From contig NC_083235.1 in assembly GCF_032191835.1 (NCBI RefSeq), forward strand, positions 61,814,001-61,878,000: a stretch of 64,000 nucleotides of DNA, read 5' to 3'. The notes beneath the pieces are model-generated. The model had not been told where the DNA came from and made no database searches. It was given only the letters and a program-made list of their open reading frames with translations. The position numbers were made by a program, and so were the translations under genes. Shown here piece by piece: positions 12,901 to 24,970 of the stretch. Numbering within the stretch: position 1 is the stretch's first letter; every line of letters begins with the position of its first letter. This DNA comes from Heteronotia binoei (Eukaryota).

Positions 12901-15900
12901 AGAACTCCCTTTGGAGTTCAATTATGCTTGCCACAACCTTGTTCCTGGCTCTGCCCCGATGTCTCCTGGCTCCACCCCCAAAGTCTCCTGGCTCCACCCC
13001 CAAAGTCCCCAGATATTTCTTGGACTTGGCAACCCTATTCCATAGACATCACTGGGATCTCTTCACCACTCTGCTCATGTAAATTTTCAGTTTCGCTGTA
13101 TTTTAAAATAAAGATTTCCACCTTGTCTTGTATCAACTCTGTCAACATACCAATTTCCTGCTTTAAGGAGAATATGGTAATGATAATGTCTTTTTTATCA
13201 AGCACTTCAAGTTGAATCACCATCTCCACAGTATAACTCAGTCTGATAATCAAAGTTAAAAAGTATCTCAAAGTCCCAGATAGTCTATCTTTCTAAATCT
13301 CCTCCAGCCATGTGCTTTCCTCTTACATTCTTGTTGTAATCGTTTCAGTCCCGATCAGGTATCAAAAACATTTCTCTTAAAGATATATCCAACTTTTATT
13401 CAGACCGTATTGTAATAAAATAATGTTCTCATTATAGCTTGCTTAACTGTAAGCCAAATCCATTCGAATATCTATGTTCAATCCAATTTAAGTTACTGAG
13501 AGTTCTTGAGTTTGTTCTTTTTCTTTTTGAAGCCTCCCTTGGGGGAAAAAAGGGGGGAATTCCTCCTCTTCCCCTTTTTTTTTTTTGAACAGTCCCAATT
13601 GGTGTTATAGTAAAAGATCCATTAATTGGTAGTAGTAAAAAGAAAGATTTACGTGCACGATAGCATTTCAGTGATTAAGGTAGAAATATGGTGTGATAGA
13701 AGCTTGTTAAAAGAAGAAAGCAGTCGGGGTTCATCTCTTGCTGCCATCATGGCGACCGCAACGGTGGAGCATCAGGGCAGACAGGAGGAACAGGGACCAG
13801 CCACCTCTGTTTCCCTGGCTCCTATAAAGACCCTTGCTGTCAGAAGGCCCCTCCCTGCCTCACTCCGGCTGTTCATCTGATGGTGTCTCACCACGGATCC
13901 TAGACGTGGCTGCCGCTGCACCCGGCGTATAAGACGACCCCCCCACTTGGAGGCATGTTTTTCTGGGCAAAAAAATCGTCTTATACGCCGGCAAATACGG
14001 TAAATTCTTTGCTTTTTGTTTCAAGGACTGTGATTACTTGCGAAGGAATAAGCCCCAAAGGAACAATGGTTGCCCCCTGATTAGAAAGAAGCCACATGCA
14101 ACTTTACAGCATCACATATTATGTCAAAAGTCCCATAAGATTGCATTCTAGAAGGCGCTCTCGGCCAGGGGTGTCAAACTCATTTGTTATGAGGGCTGGA
14201 TCTAACCTAAATGAGACCTTGTCGGGACGGGCCGTGTGTGTCATAAAATGTAATGCCAAGTAGCAGAGATATAAACTTTATAAAGGACACAGACAAACAC
14301 AAAGATTTTTTAAAAGCTTAAAATAAAACATGCTTGAAACATTAACACTTGTTGGTCTTAATGGTGCTTTCTTTGTATCTCTCCCGTGTGATCCAGGGAA
14401 CTGGGCAAAGGATGCTCTGGCTCTTTCTTTCCAGGGGAAAAGGAGGGGGAGGACCTTCAGTCACTTAAAAGAAAAGAGGCTTGGCTGAGTAGCTCTGCTG
14501 TGCAAATGAGAGAGCCTGGCAAAGCAAGCTATCCCCTCCCCCCCTTCCTCTCAGAGGGAGGAGCTTCAGCCAATGGAGAAAATAGAGGCTTTTGCTCTGT
14601 AGCTGCTGAGTGATTGAGCAAGCCTGGCAAGGCAAGATGTGATGCAGAAGGAAGCAAGAGAGAGGGAGAAGGAAGCAGACGGCAGCCTGTTGCTTGGGAG
14701 CCTGATAGGAGCCCTCTGGGGGCCTGATTTGGTCCCCGGGCCGCATGTTTGACACCCCTGCTCTAGGCTATGTCAGGCGTCTTAATCCCATCTCGCTGAT
14801 ATAACATGATGTCACACTGAATTTGGTTAGAAAAAAGAGAGAGTGGGATAGGTTAATAGTTTGCATTTATTTGACAGTAGAAGCAGAGCTAAGGATTGAA
14901 CTTGTGCGATCCATCAGATCTGTTGTGCAAGTACCCAGGCTACAGTGGTTGCACTCAGAATGACAATGTTAATCTTGCAGGTCATGTTTTCCCAGAATTC
15001 AAGGAGAGCGATGCAATGTTTGCAGCAGAAAGGGTGAGTGTTTGGAGTGGGGGAGGGGGAGAGTCTGTAAAGGGAAATTGCTTTGATTTTTCTAGTAGCA
15101 GTTTTGATCTGTCAGTACTGTTACTACGGTAATACCGTATTTCTCTGAGAGCTGTGAGTATTCCAGCTGGACCATCCCCCACTGAGATGCATTGACTGCA
15201 GCTGCAGACAGCAAAAAATATCGAGTATCATACTGTATTTGTGACATTGGGACTGTGAAGTCGGGCATGAGAACAGCTCATTTCCCTTCCAACTCCTTTC
15301 TCCCTCTCCACCACCAATTACTTTGTAGTGCTCATGGGGTATTCTGCTCCTGCAGTTGTTATTTATTGGCACCCAGCAGAATACCCCACCTACTCCCTTC
15401 GCCAGCGCCTACAATTTTGGGGATAAAAACTGCAGATCGGGAAGAACTTTCTCTTTTTAACCGCCTCTTAAACAATATACATTGAGCTAATATGTGCAGT
15501 TCTCCTCTATCTGTGACCTATACATCGCTATGTTTTATGATGGTTGTTTCGTTGCCTCAAATCACTTTTGGTTTCTTTATGATAGGCTCCAGACTGGGTG
15601 GATGCAGAGGAGTGTCACCGGTGCCGAGTCCAGTTTGGAGTGGTGACTCGCAAGGTGGGTGGTGTAGCTCCCTGGCCTGGGCACCCTTTGCTGTGGTGAC
15701 GTGACAAAGGCCACGTTGTGGCGGCAGGAGGGTCCGGGAGCCATAAGGTGGTGTTTCTGTAGCATGATCTGCTGCCGCTTTGACCTGTCTGCTGTGTTCA
15801 CAGCATCACTGCCGGGCGTGTGGGCAGATCTTTTGTGGAAAGTGCTCATCCAAGTACTCTACCATTCCCAAGTTTGGCATAGAGAAGGAGGTGCGGGTGT

Positions 15901-18900
15901 GTGAGCCCTGCTACGAGCATCTCAACAAGTGAGTATTGGGGCTTGGCTACAACAACAACAACAACTTTTATTTGTATCCCGCCCTCCCCGCCGAAGCAGG
16001 CTCAGGGCGGCTAACAACATAATTCATACATTAATTAGACAAATGGAATAAAACTACATTTAACAATTTAATTAAAATTCTGATTAAATTTAAAACTAAT
16101 AAAAGTGCTAATAGGGAGCAATCTTGGTATAGAACTTGTGAGAAGAGTGACATGCTGGCATTCTTCTTTTGTGCTTATGTGTTATTGTGTAGTCCACCCT
16201 TCCTCAGAGAACATGGCTTATAACAAATCATCAAATGCCACAGTTTAGTTTATTTGATTTATATCCCGCCCTCCCCGCCGAAGCAGGCTCAGGCCGGCTC
16301 ACAAACACAATAGAATAACAATAAAAACGGTTAAATTAAATATTAAAATAAACAATTTAAAACAGTTTAAACAATTTGGTGCTAATTCCGTATGATTTAG
16401 GATGTTTAGGAGCTGTTGACCATTTTTCTCCCACACATCCCCACACAAGCGCCCTCTGCGTTCCCACCCGAAGACGTCGCCCTGGTTCAACCAGGGGCTG
16501 CGGCAACAAAAGCGGGGACTCAGAAGGCTAGAGAGGCAATGGCGGCGTACTCGAGACGAAGTGACCCGAACATCTTATAGAGAGAGTTTGAAGGCCTATG
16601 AGATGGCAATCAAAGCCGCAAAGAAAGCGTTCTTTGCGGCTAAGATTGCGTCCGCAACTTCGCGCCCGGCCCAATTGTTCGACATAATTAGAGGACTTAC
16701 AACACTGCCGCAAGGCAGACCAAATTCTATTGAATTGGAAATAGGCTGTGAGGCTTTTGCGAAATTTTTTGTGGATAAAATCGCGTCACTCCGCCCCGAC
16801 TCCTCTGCCAATTTTGAGACAGTTAGCGAACTCGAGGCTCCGAGCCTGTCTTCGGATTATATGCTGGATGACTTCGACCCCCTCAGCCTGGAGGAAGTTG
16901 ACAGGATCCTCTTAGCTGCTCGCCCAACTACCTGTAAATTGGACCCATGCCCTTCCTGGCTTATTAAATCTTGCCAGGGTGACCTTAGATATCCTATACG
17001 GGATATCATAAATAGATCCCTGAGGGAAGGGCACTTTCCAACGCCGCTCAAAGAGGCTGTGGTCCGTCCCCTCTTAAAGAAACCATCTTTAGACCCGGCC
17101 CAATTGGCACACTATCGGCCGGTCTCAAATTTGCCCTTTTTGGGCAAACTTATTGAGAGGGCAGTGGCGATGCAGCTGCAGACTTTCCTGGAGGATGCTT
17201 CCATCCTTGACCCATTTCAGTCCGGCTTTCGCCCGGGACATGGGACGGAGACGGTGCTGGTCGCCCTAGTGGATGACCTTCAACGGCATCTGGATCGGGG
17301 CGGCTCGGCGGTGCTGATGCTGTTAGACCTGTCGGCTGCGTTCGACACGGTCGACCATCGGCTACTGAAGGGTCGCCTCGCCGACGCAGGGATTCAGGGG
17401 TTGGCTTTACAGTGTCTTTCCTCTTTCCTTGAAGGTCGGGGACAAAGGGTCGCAGTTGGGGGGGAGCTGTCCCGGAGGTGCACACTTGACTGTGGTGTGC
17501 CCCAAGGGGCGGTTCTCTCCCCGATGTTATTTAACATCTATATGCGACCTCTTGCCCAGATTGCCCGAAGGTACGGGCTAGGGTGTCATCAGTATGCTGA
17601 TGACACCCAGCTCTATCTACTGATGGACGACCAGCCGACCTGCGTCCCGGAAAATCTAGATCGGGCACTATATGCCGTGGCTGAATGGCTCAGACTGAGC
17701 GGACTGAAGCTTAACCCTGCGAAGACAGAGGTCCTTTGCTTGGGTCGCCGCGGTCCGAAAAGGGGAATCCCCCTACCAGCCTTTGACGGTGCGCTGCTGA
17801 TAGCGGCGGACAGGGTCAGGAGCTTGGGGGTGCTTTTGGAGCCTTCCTTAAAGATGGAGGCTCAGATAGCAGCCGCTGCCAAGTCCGCGTTTTTTCATCT
17901 TAGGCGGGCAAGGCAGTTGGCCCCCTTTTTGGAGCGCGACGACCTAGCAACAGTGATCCATGCCACGGTCACCTCGAGGTTAGACTACTGTAATGCCCTC
18001 TACATGGGGCTGCCCCTGTCCCGAATTCGGAAATTGCAGCTGGTGCAGAATGCCGCGGCCCGGCTGTTATTGGGTCTCCCAAAGTGGGAACACATTCAGC
18101 CGGGTCTTCGGACCCTGCACTGGCTTCCAGTAATATACCGAGTCCGGTACAAGGTGCTGGTTATCACCTTTAAAGCCCTATATGGCTTGGGACCTGTCTA
18201 CCTGAAGGACCGCCTTTCCCCGCACGTTCCCCAGAGAGTACTGAGGTCGGGAACACAAAATCTCCTTACTATCCCTGGGCCGAAGGAAGCCCGTTTGAAA
18301 TCCACCAGAGAAAGGGCTTTCTCTGTTATGGCCCCTACATGGTGGAATCAGCTGCCGGAAGAGGTGAGGGCCCTGCGGGACCTTGTACAGTTCCGCAGGG
18401 CCTGTAAGACAACCCTCTTCCGGCTAGCCTATACCTAGCTTGAGAATTTTAATGTAACTTGCCGGATTTCTTTTATATACAGTTGAAATATTTATTATTA
18501 TTTATTGATAACCATGGTTTTATCTGTTTTTATCTGTTTTAAATGCTGATCCCTTTATATGTTTAAATACTGTAATTTTGTTGGATCTATCACTGGAAGC
18601 CGCCCTGAGCCACTTGTGGGAAGGGCGGGATATAAATCCCAAATAAATAAATAAAAATAAATAAATAAATGGTGGGATTAGGAAGCCAGCCGCTGTGCTC
18701 TGGTCACAACCTTGGTGCCCCTCCCCCCCCCTCTCTCCCTCCCATGCAGAAAAACAGAAGGGAAAGGAACTGGCACCACAGAGCTCCCCCCTGAGTACTT
18801 GACCAGCCCTCTTTCCCAGCAGTCTCAGGTAAGCACTTGGCTATGTCAGAGAGATAGGGGGTTCCTTGATGTACCAGTCAATTCCTCTTTCTGGTTTACA

Positions 18901-21900
18901 CTGATTACTGCCTGTTCTGGCCACAGCTGCCCCCAAAGCGTGATGAAACAGCACTGCAGGAGGAGGAGGAACTCCAGCTGGCAATTGCACTATCCCAGTC
19001 AGAAGCAGAGGAGAAGGAGAGGATGGTTTGTTTCGGGAGAACAGTGGGAGGATTCCATGGCATGATTGCTCTTGAATCTTTTTGGCTGCTTAGAACATTT
19101 CTGGGGCTGGGTATTGTGTCATGTTCTGTAAACTATGACCCATTGCTTGTAACTGACCCAGAAACCCAACTCAGAATTGGGACTGTGAAGTGGGGTGTTA
19201 AAATAATTTAAAAGTTATACTGGTTTTTACATGTGGTAGCCTAATTAAAAATAATAGACCATATGAAATCATGATGAACCAATTTCAGCTCTAATTGCAA
19301 ACTTGCCTGCCACATATTATATTGAGATGCAGAATAGTGTGGCTGCGGATATAATGAGGCCTGGCTGAATGCCCATACCCACTCCTTCCATGTTCCTGTC
19401 TAGCTGTGGCAGGCTGGGGATCAAAATCCAGTCCCATACTCTCTTGTGGTTTCCTCTTCAGAGGCAGAAAACTACATTTTCCACATACCCTAAGGCTGAG
19501 CCAACCCCTGTCACTTCATCTGCTCCTCCGGTCAATACCCTGTATTCCTCACCTGTGGTAAGTATCCACCTAACTGGCGAGATTCACCAGAAAGGAAATG
19601 TTTTTTATCTCCATAAGCTCCAAAAAGGATATTATAGCATTGGAGAAAGTTCAGAAAAGGGCAACTAGAATGATTAAAGGGCTGGAACACCTTCCTTATG
19701 AAGAAAGGTTGAAACGCTTAGGGCTCTTTAGCTTGGAGAAACGTCGACTGAGGGGTGACATGATGGAGGTTTACAAGATAATGCATGGGATGGAGAAAGT
19801 AGAGAAAGAAGTACTTTTCTCCCTTTCTCACAATACGAGAACTCGTGGGCATTCGATGAAATTGCTGAGCAGACAGGTTAAAACGGATAAAAGGAAGTAC
19901 TTCTTCACCCAAAGGGTGATTAACATGTGGAATTCACTGCCACAGGAGGTGGTGGCGGCCACAAGCATGGCCACCTTCAAGAGGGGGTTAGATAAAAATA
20001 TGGAGCAGAGGTCCATCANNNNNNNNNNNNNNNNNNNNNNNNNNNNNNNNNNNNNNNNNNNNNNNNNNNNNNNNNNNNNNNNNNNNNNNNNNNNNNNNNN
20101 NNNNNNNNNNNNNNNNNNNNNNNNNNNNNNNNNNNNNNNNNNNNNNNNNNNNNNNNNNNNNNNNNNNNNNNNNNNNNNNNNNNNNNNNNNNNNNAATTCT
20201 CCCTGCTATGGTTCAAACAGTTTTGCCATCACTCATAAAAATTCTGTGGTGCTTTGGCAAATCTTGTCTCAGGCCACTTAAAGGATGGGGGGGGGCGGTG
20301 TTCCCATTGCTTTCACCCCACAAGTGAAGCCAATCTGGCTTCCCATGCCTTCAGGTTCAGAAAAATAAATCGTGTTCTCTCCCATTGCCACTGTTTCTAA
20401 TGGCTCCTAATGAAGCAGGGGTGGGGGTGCTCTTGATTTTTGCAATTGTGATGAATTCCATGTGTGTCATTTCAGAATTCCTCTGCACCTCTGGCTGAGG
20501 ACATTGATCCAGAGGTAAGGTCCTAGCTCCCTAAACCATTTTGTAACTAGCCTTAGTGAAATGCCAACATCTCAGTTGTTTTCTGTTTCCCAATGCTTTC
20601 TGATAGTTGGCTCGTTACCTGAACCGCAATTACTGGGAAAAGAAGCAGGAGGAAGTCCGCAAGAGCCCCACTCCATCAGCCCCGCTGTCCATGGGAGAAC
20701 CAGCTGCCCAGACCACAGAGATCCAAACTGCTCCAATCACTGTGGTGGAAGTAAATATCAGCTTTCTCTCTTACTATATGAATGGATGTTGCTCAGTAAA
20801 GAGAAAGTAGTTCTGTCTGCTTCTTTTTTTGAAGTAGCGCCTCTTGTTTATTGTATCCCAAAATAGCTCCCAAAGTTTTAGACATACCAAGTCCATTGTT
20901 CTGTTCTTACAGGGGTAGGATTTCAGACTTTAAAGGAGACACGTCCACTGAACAGTCAAGGCAAGGGTGACATTGGCTAGGCAAAATCCACTTTGGAGAC
21001 GTTCTATACTAGAATGGCAGGCATAGTTGAACTAGGAACTGAGGCTTCCAGTTGATCATCTCCCATCTCTCCACAGCAGCAATATCAAAATGGTGAGACG
21101 GATGAGAGCCACGAGCAGTTTCTTAAGGCCCTCCAGAATGCTGTCACCACCTTTGTCAACCGCATGAAAAGCAACCACCTGCGGGGCCGGAGCATCACCA
21201 ACGACTCGGCAGTGCTCTCGCTCTTTCAGTCCATCAACAGCATGCATCCCCAGCTCCTGGAGCTGCTCAACCAGCTGGATGAGCGTCGCTGTATGTCACA
21301 GGGCCCCAGTTGACACTACAGGCGGGAGGGTTGTGGCAGGGCTGGGATCCTCTGTCTCTCCCCCTCCTCCTTGTAGAATCATGGGAGCAGCTTTCACGTG
21401 TGCTTCCAAGGGCAATGTCTAGTAATGTGGTTTTTTAGGTTTTGGATGGGGAGATAGTCCAAGGCCTTTGGCCTTTGCCAGCCTTTCTGTCTGTTCCTGT
21501 AACAGCTACAAATTTGTGGGCCCAAATTTGAACTTAAATCCTAAGGGAAATGTGGGTACACATGGGTCATGAATAGGAACTCTGACAGTGGTCTTCCCAT
21601 CAGTGTACTATGAGGGACTTCAGGATAAACTTGCTCAGATCCGGGATGCACGGGGAGCCCTGAACGCTCTGCGGGAGGAGCACAGAGAGAAGCTGCGCCG
21701 TGCTGCTGAAGAGGCGGAGCGTCAGCGGCAGATTCAGCTCGCCCAGAAGCTGGAGATCATGCGGCAGAAGAAACAGGTGAGGCTCATTGTCGGCGCATGC
21801 TCCGAGGAAAACTAGTGTCAAGATTGAGCTTGCCATTCCTCGTGACTGGTTGGCAAGTGGTGGTGCCTAGAAGAGCTTCTGAGACCAGAGGGCTGTGGTG

Positions 21901-24236
21901 GCTGATTCTGTGTGTCCTTTCCATCATGTATAGGAATACCTGGAGATGCAACGGCAGCTGGCCATCCAGCGCCTTCAGGAGCAAGAAAAGGAGCGCCAGT
22001 TACGGCTGGAGCAACAAAAGCAAACAATCCAGATGAGGGCACAGATGCCTGCTTTCTCTCTGCCTTATGCTCAGGTTTGAGAGGTGGAGAGGCCGGGGAT
22101 TACACTCTTCCCCTCCTTATTATACTGATGCAATAACGTGTGTGTGTGGGGGGGGGGAACTGCAGTGATTTAATGAAAACTGCAGTTTGGGTGGGATGTA
22201 TTGGACAGAGAATGGAAATTCTCCCAGATGTATCTTCTGCAAGCCATCTTGGGAACCCTTTCAGATCACATGGTGAGATAGAAATGAAGCAGCTGTGTTG
22301 GCGCCCCTCTAACACTGCTCAATATCACTTTTAGCTCCAGGCCATGCCTGCTGCTGGCGGGGTGATCTACCAGCCATCGGGCCCCACCAGCTTCCCAGGC
22401 ACTTTCAGCCCCGCAGGCTCCGTGGAAGGGTCTCCTATGCACACAGTGTACATGAGCCAGCCAGCCCAGGGCAACACCGGCCCCTACACTGCCATGCCTG
22501 TGGCAGGAACAGGTGAGACGGTTGGGAGGAAGTGCTATGCAAGTTCAACTAAAGCCTCTGAAACCTATGAACATATGAAGCTGCCTTATACTGAATCAGA
22601 CCCTCGGTCCATCAAAGTCAGTATTGTCTTCTCAGACTGGCAGCAGCTCTCCAGGGTCTCAAGCGGAGGTTTTTCACACCTATTTGCCTGGACCCTTTTT
22701 TGGAGATGCCGGGGATTGAACCTGGGACCTTCTGCTTCCCAAGCAGATGCTCTACCACTAAGCCACCATCCCTCCCTATGAACATATGAAGCTGCCTTAT
22801 ACTGAATCAGACCCTTGGTCCATCAAAGTCAGTATTGTCTTCTCAGACTGGCAGCGGCTCTCCAGGGTCTCAAGCGGAGGCTTTTCACACCTATTTGCCT
22901 GGACCCTTTTTTGGAGATGCTGGGGATTGAACCTGGGACCTTCTGCTTCCCAAGCAGATGCTCTACCACTGAGCCACCGTCCCTCTAGTAGAGCAGTTGT
23001 TGAGCCAACACCCCCCTCCCCAAGCTGTTCTTGTGTCACTCTATGCTCTTTTTTCAGATCCCAACATGGTGAACACCTACATGTACCCAGCAGGCACTAA
23101 TAGTGCTCAAACAGCTGCACAGGGGCAGGCTGTGCCCACCACTAATCCTGCCTATTCCTCTTACCAGCCTACACCAACGCAGGGCTATCAGGCAAGTTGG
23201 TTCACTTCTGCCCCAGAGCAGGAACGTATACCCCAGCACTGGGTAAGCTGTTGTGGAAGGCAATGGTGGGGTGGGGAGTGCTAACTTTGCTGGCTTTTGA
23301 GAAGCCAAAGATCCCACCCTGACGCATTGTCTGGCTTGTGAGTTAAGTCATGTCCACAGTGTCCTGGGAAATTGGAGTCACATGCCATTTCTCTGCTGCC
23401 CAGCTGCTGTGTGCACAGGGATTCCGCCTCCTTACCTATGCCTGTCTTCTCTACCGTGCAGAATGCAGCTGCCCCCTCACAGACCCAGGCTATCCCTGCC
23501 ATGACACAGGCTCCACAGTCTGGGGGCACAATTGGTTACATGGGCAGTCAGTCTGTCTCTATGGGCTACCAGCCCTACAACATGCAGGTAAGGAAGCACT
23601 TCGTATCGCTGTGGACATGAGGGTGACTGGCAAGAAGGGGTTAGGGGGTAAATTTCTTGCCAGGCTTGTACAGAGGCAAGGGGATCTCGCCTGGGATTAA
23701 AACTGGAGAGGGCTGGAGAGCGAGGAGTGTGGTGGGGGGAGTGCTTTTGTGCTGATGCCAGCTCTGCTTCTGCTCCCCTCTCTTCCCGACAGAACCTCAT
23801 GTCAACCCTCCCTGGTCAGGATCCCGCTTTGAGTAGTCTGCCACCCCAGCAGCCTTACCTATCAGGACAGCAGCCCATGTATCAGCAGGTTAGTCTGGAC
23901 ACTGAGGAAATGGCTCCTTACTCCATTCAGCCCTGCTGATTTCTGTTTTTGCTGCAGTCGCGTTAAGGGTGGGGTGCTCTGAATTTCTGTATAGTTCCTG
24001 TCCGCCAGCTCTGAGGGCTGAGAGATCGGGCAGGAACCCTTTGCTTACAGTGATTTTGTGTAGACCGGGAACGTTTATTGAGTGTGGCCTATTTGCTAAC
24101 CTTTGCGGTTGTCTCCTTGCAGATGGCACCCCCAGGAGGACCTCCCCAGCAGCAGCCCCCTCCCCAGCAGACTCCAGCCCAGGTGCAACAGGCACAGGGG
24201 GGCAGCGGAGAGGCTCAGCTAATTTCCTTTGACTAA
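3895..24236 (+). CDS. HGS: Hepatocyte growth factor-regulated tyrosine kinase substrate (Hrs, ESCRT-0; VHS-FYVE-UIM-coiled coil), 21 coding exons, 764 aa
   Basis: Exons: 3895-3931, 7551-7635, 8414-8489, 8688-8780, 10195-10318, 14981-15033, 15586-15654, 15804-15928, 18750-18828, 18927-19025, 19462-19557, 20476-20514, 20607-20750, 21077-21290, 21604-21776, 21934-22074, 22335-22512, 23058-23191 (GC donor), 23462-23587, 23793-23888, 24123-24236. Total 2295 nt, in frame. Starts MGRGGGTFERLLDKATSQLLLETDW, has FYVE RKHHCRACG and UIM EEEELQLAIALSQSE, ends with clathrin box LISFD*. Confidence 0.98.
10538..10712 (+). mobile_element. 5S rRNA-derived SINE
   Basis: GGAAGCTAAGCAGGG...AGTATTTGGATGGGA (5S internal control region) plus tail GGGTTGTCATAAGTCAGTTGCGACTTG. 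Confidence 0.7.
10716..13760 (-). mobile_element. Degenerate L1-like retroelement, about 2.1 kb after removing the nested MITE, HGS intron 5
   Basis: A charged, coiled-coil-like frame continues across the MITE TSD (EIPVMS|MESRKVGKDP); AT-rich 3' region ends like the 42737 L1 tail; internal 85-bp duplication. Boundaries are approximate and no TSD was found. Confidence 0.45.
12148..13037. mobile_element. hAT MITE family A, long (890 bp) variant nested in an older retroelement
   Basis: TAGGCTTCCCAA...TTGGCAACCCTA with TSD TTCCATAG (12140-12147 and 13038-13045). Confidence 0.93.
13921..14002. mobile_element. Tc1/mariner (Tc2-like) MITE right end
   Basis: CGTCTTATACGCCGGCAAATACGG followed by TA; internal inverted CCGGCGTATAAGACG. 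Left end not found. Confidence 0.5.
14166..14760. mobile_element. hAT (Charlie-like) MITE family B
   Basis: TIR CAGGGGTGTCAAAC / GTTTGACACCCCTG; TSD CTCTCGGC/CTCTAGGC. Confidence 0.92.
15949..16430 (-). mobile_element. Two adjacent short L2-type 3' ends
   Basis: Two copies of TCCCGCCCTCCCCGCCGAAGCAGGCTCAGG (near 15977 and 16264) with microsatellite tails; similar short ends near 9184-9240, 35460-35545 and 50290-50365. Confidence 0.7.
16441..18670 (+). mobile_element. 5'-truncated L2-clade LINE with an uninterrupted reverse-transcriptase frame, HGS intron 8
   Basis: Frame is open from about 16420 to TAG at 18436-18438. Motifs PWFNQGLR, YRPVSNLPFLGK, DPFQSGFR, LDLSAAFDTVDH, GVPQGAVLSPMLFNIY, YADDTQLYL. 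3' UTR ends GGGCGGGATATAAAT followed by (AAAT)n. No endonuclease domain seen. Confidence 0.95.
19612..20018 (+). mobile_element. CR1 LINE 3' fragment running into an assembly gap
   Basis: DIIALEKVQKRATRMIKGLEHLPYEERLKRLGLFSLEKRRLRGDM...WNSLPQEVV is a typical CR1 ORF2 C-terminus. Confidence 0.92.
20019..20194. other. Assembly gap (N run) in HGS intron 11
   Basis: Run of N directly after a CR1 3' fragment. Confidence 0.99.
22565..22985 (-). mobile_element. Tandem dimer (211-bp period) of a tRNA-head SINE with CR1-type tail, HGS intron 17
   Basis: Two near-identical units; minus-strand head TGGCTCAGTGGTAGAGC...GGTTCAATCCC, tail GGTCTGATTCAGTATAAGGCAGCTTCATATGTTC. Confidence 0.88.
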
Positions 24237-24970
24237 TCTCTCATCTTAAAAGGAGAGGGAGGGGTGGGTTTCTAAGACATTGAACACTACTATCTCTTGG
24301 TCACTGCTGTATTTGCGACACCGTGGCTGTTACCCTGCACCATCCCCTTAGGGGAATGGAGAACTGAGCCTCTGTTGTTAGGTAGTCTCCCACCGGCTAC
24401 CTACTCCCCCCCCCCCTTTCTCCCTCCATCCCTGTCTGAAATGCTATTTAAGAGCCTTCTTGGCAGGGCAGAAGCTAGGGCTAGCGGTATTCAAATTTCG
24501 TTTGAGCTTCTCTTTGGCTGGGAAGCGATGGTGACCCCTAGCTTCGCTGGAGCTGGGTAGCAGACCAGAGAGCTTTTAAGCCACTCACTCCTGTGTGCAC
24601 TACTACGGAGCAAGAGACCTTCCATCTCTTCTGGAATTACAGCATTTAAGCATGCTCCAAAGCCTAAGTAAATGGGGTCCAACTTGCAGCATGGCCCGAG
24701 TCCGCATCTCTCCCCCACCCTCTTACTGCCCTGTATGGTTGTATCCTGCCAATCAAGTGGCCTTCACTCTAACTATCCCTTCCCACCCCACACACACACT
24801 TGGAACCCTTCACGTTTCCCATAATACTTTTAACAACCAATTCAGCCTCCTCCAGGACCATTATTTCTTCTGTTCCCTGTGTTCTCTCCCAAGCCCTTCT
24901 CGACCCTCTCCGCTTTTGAAGACTCGTCTCTCGTATTTAGTGCTGCCATAGACAGAATGGAATCAGTGAC

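Noticed and set aside
19598-20281. 227-aa ORF spanning the N run
   Set aside because: It is a CR1 fragment artificially extended through an assembly gap.
20913-20970. Cryptic exon equivalent to the human HGS extra exon after TTCTTACAG
   Set aside because: In the required phase it reads GGG TAG, an immediate stop.
22690-22776. tRNA genes at SINE heads (also near 41493, 54191, 57760 and 58630)
   Set aside because: A and B boxes are present but there is no complete cloverleaf, and each is fused to a SINE body and LINE-type tail.
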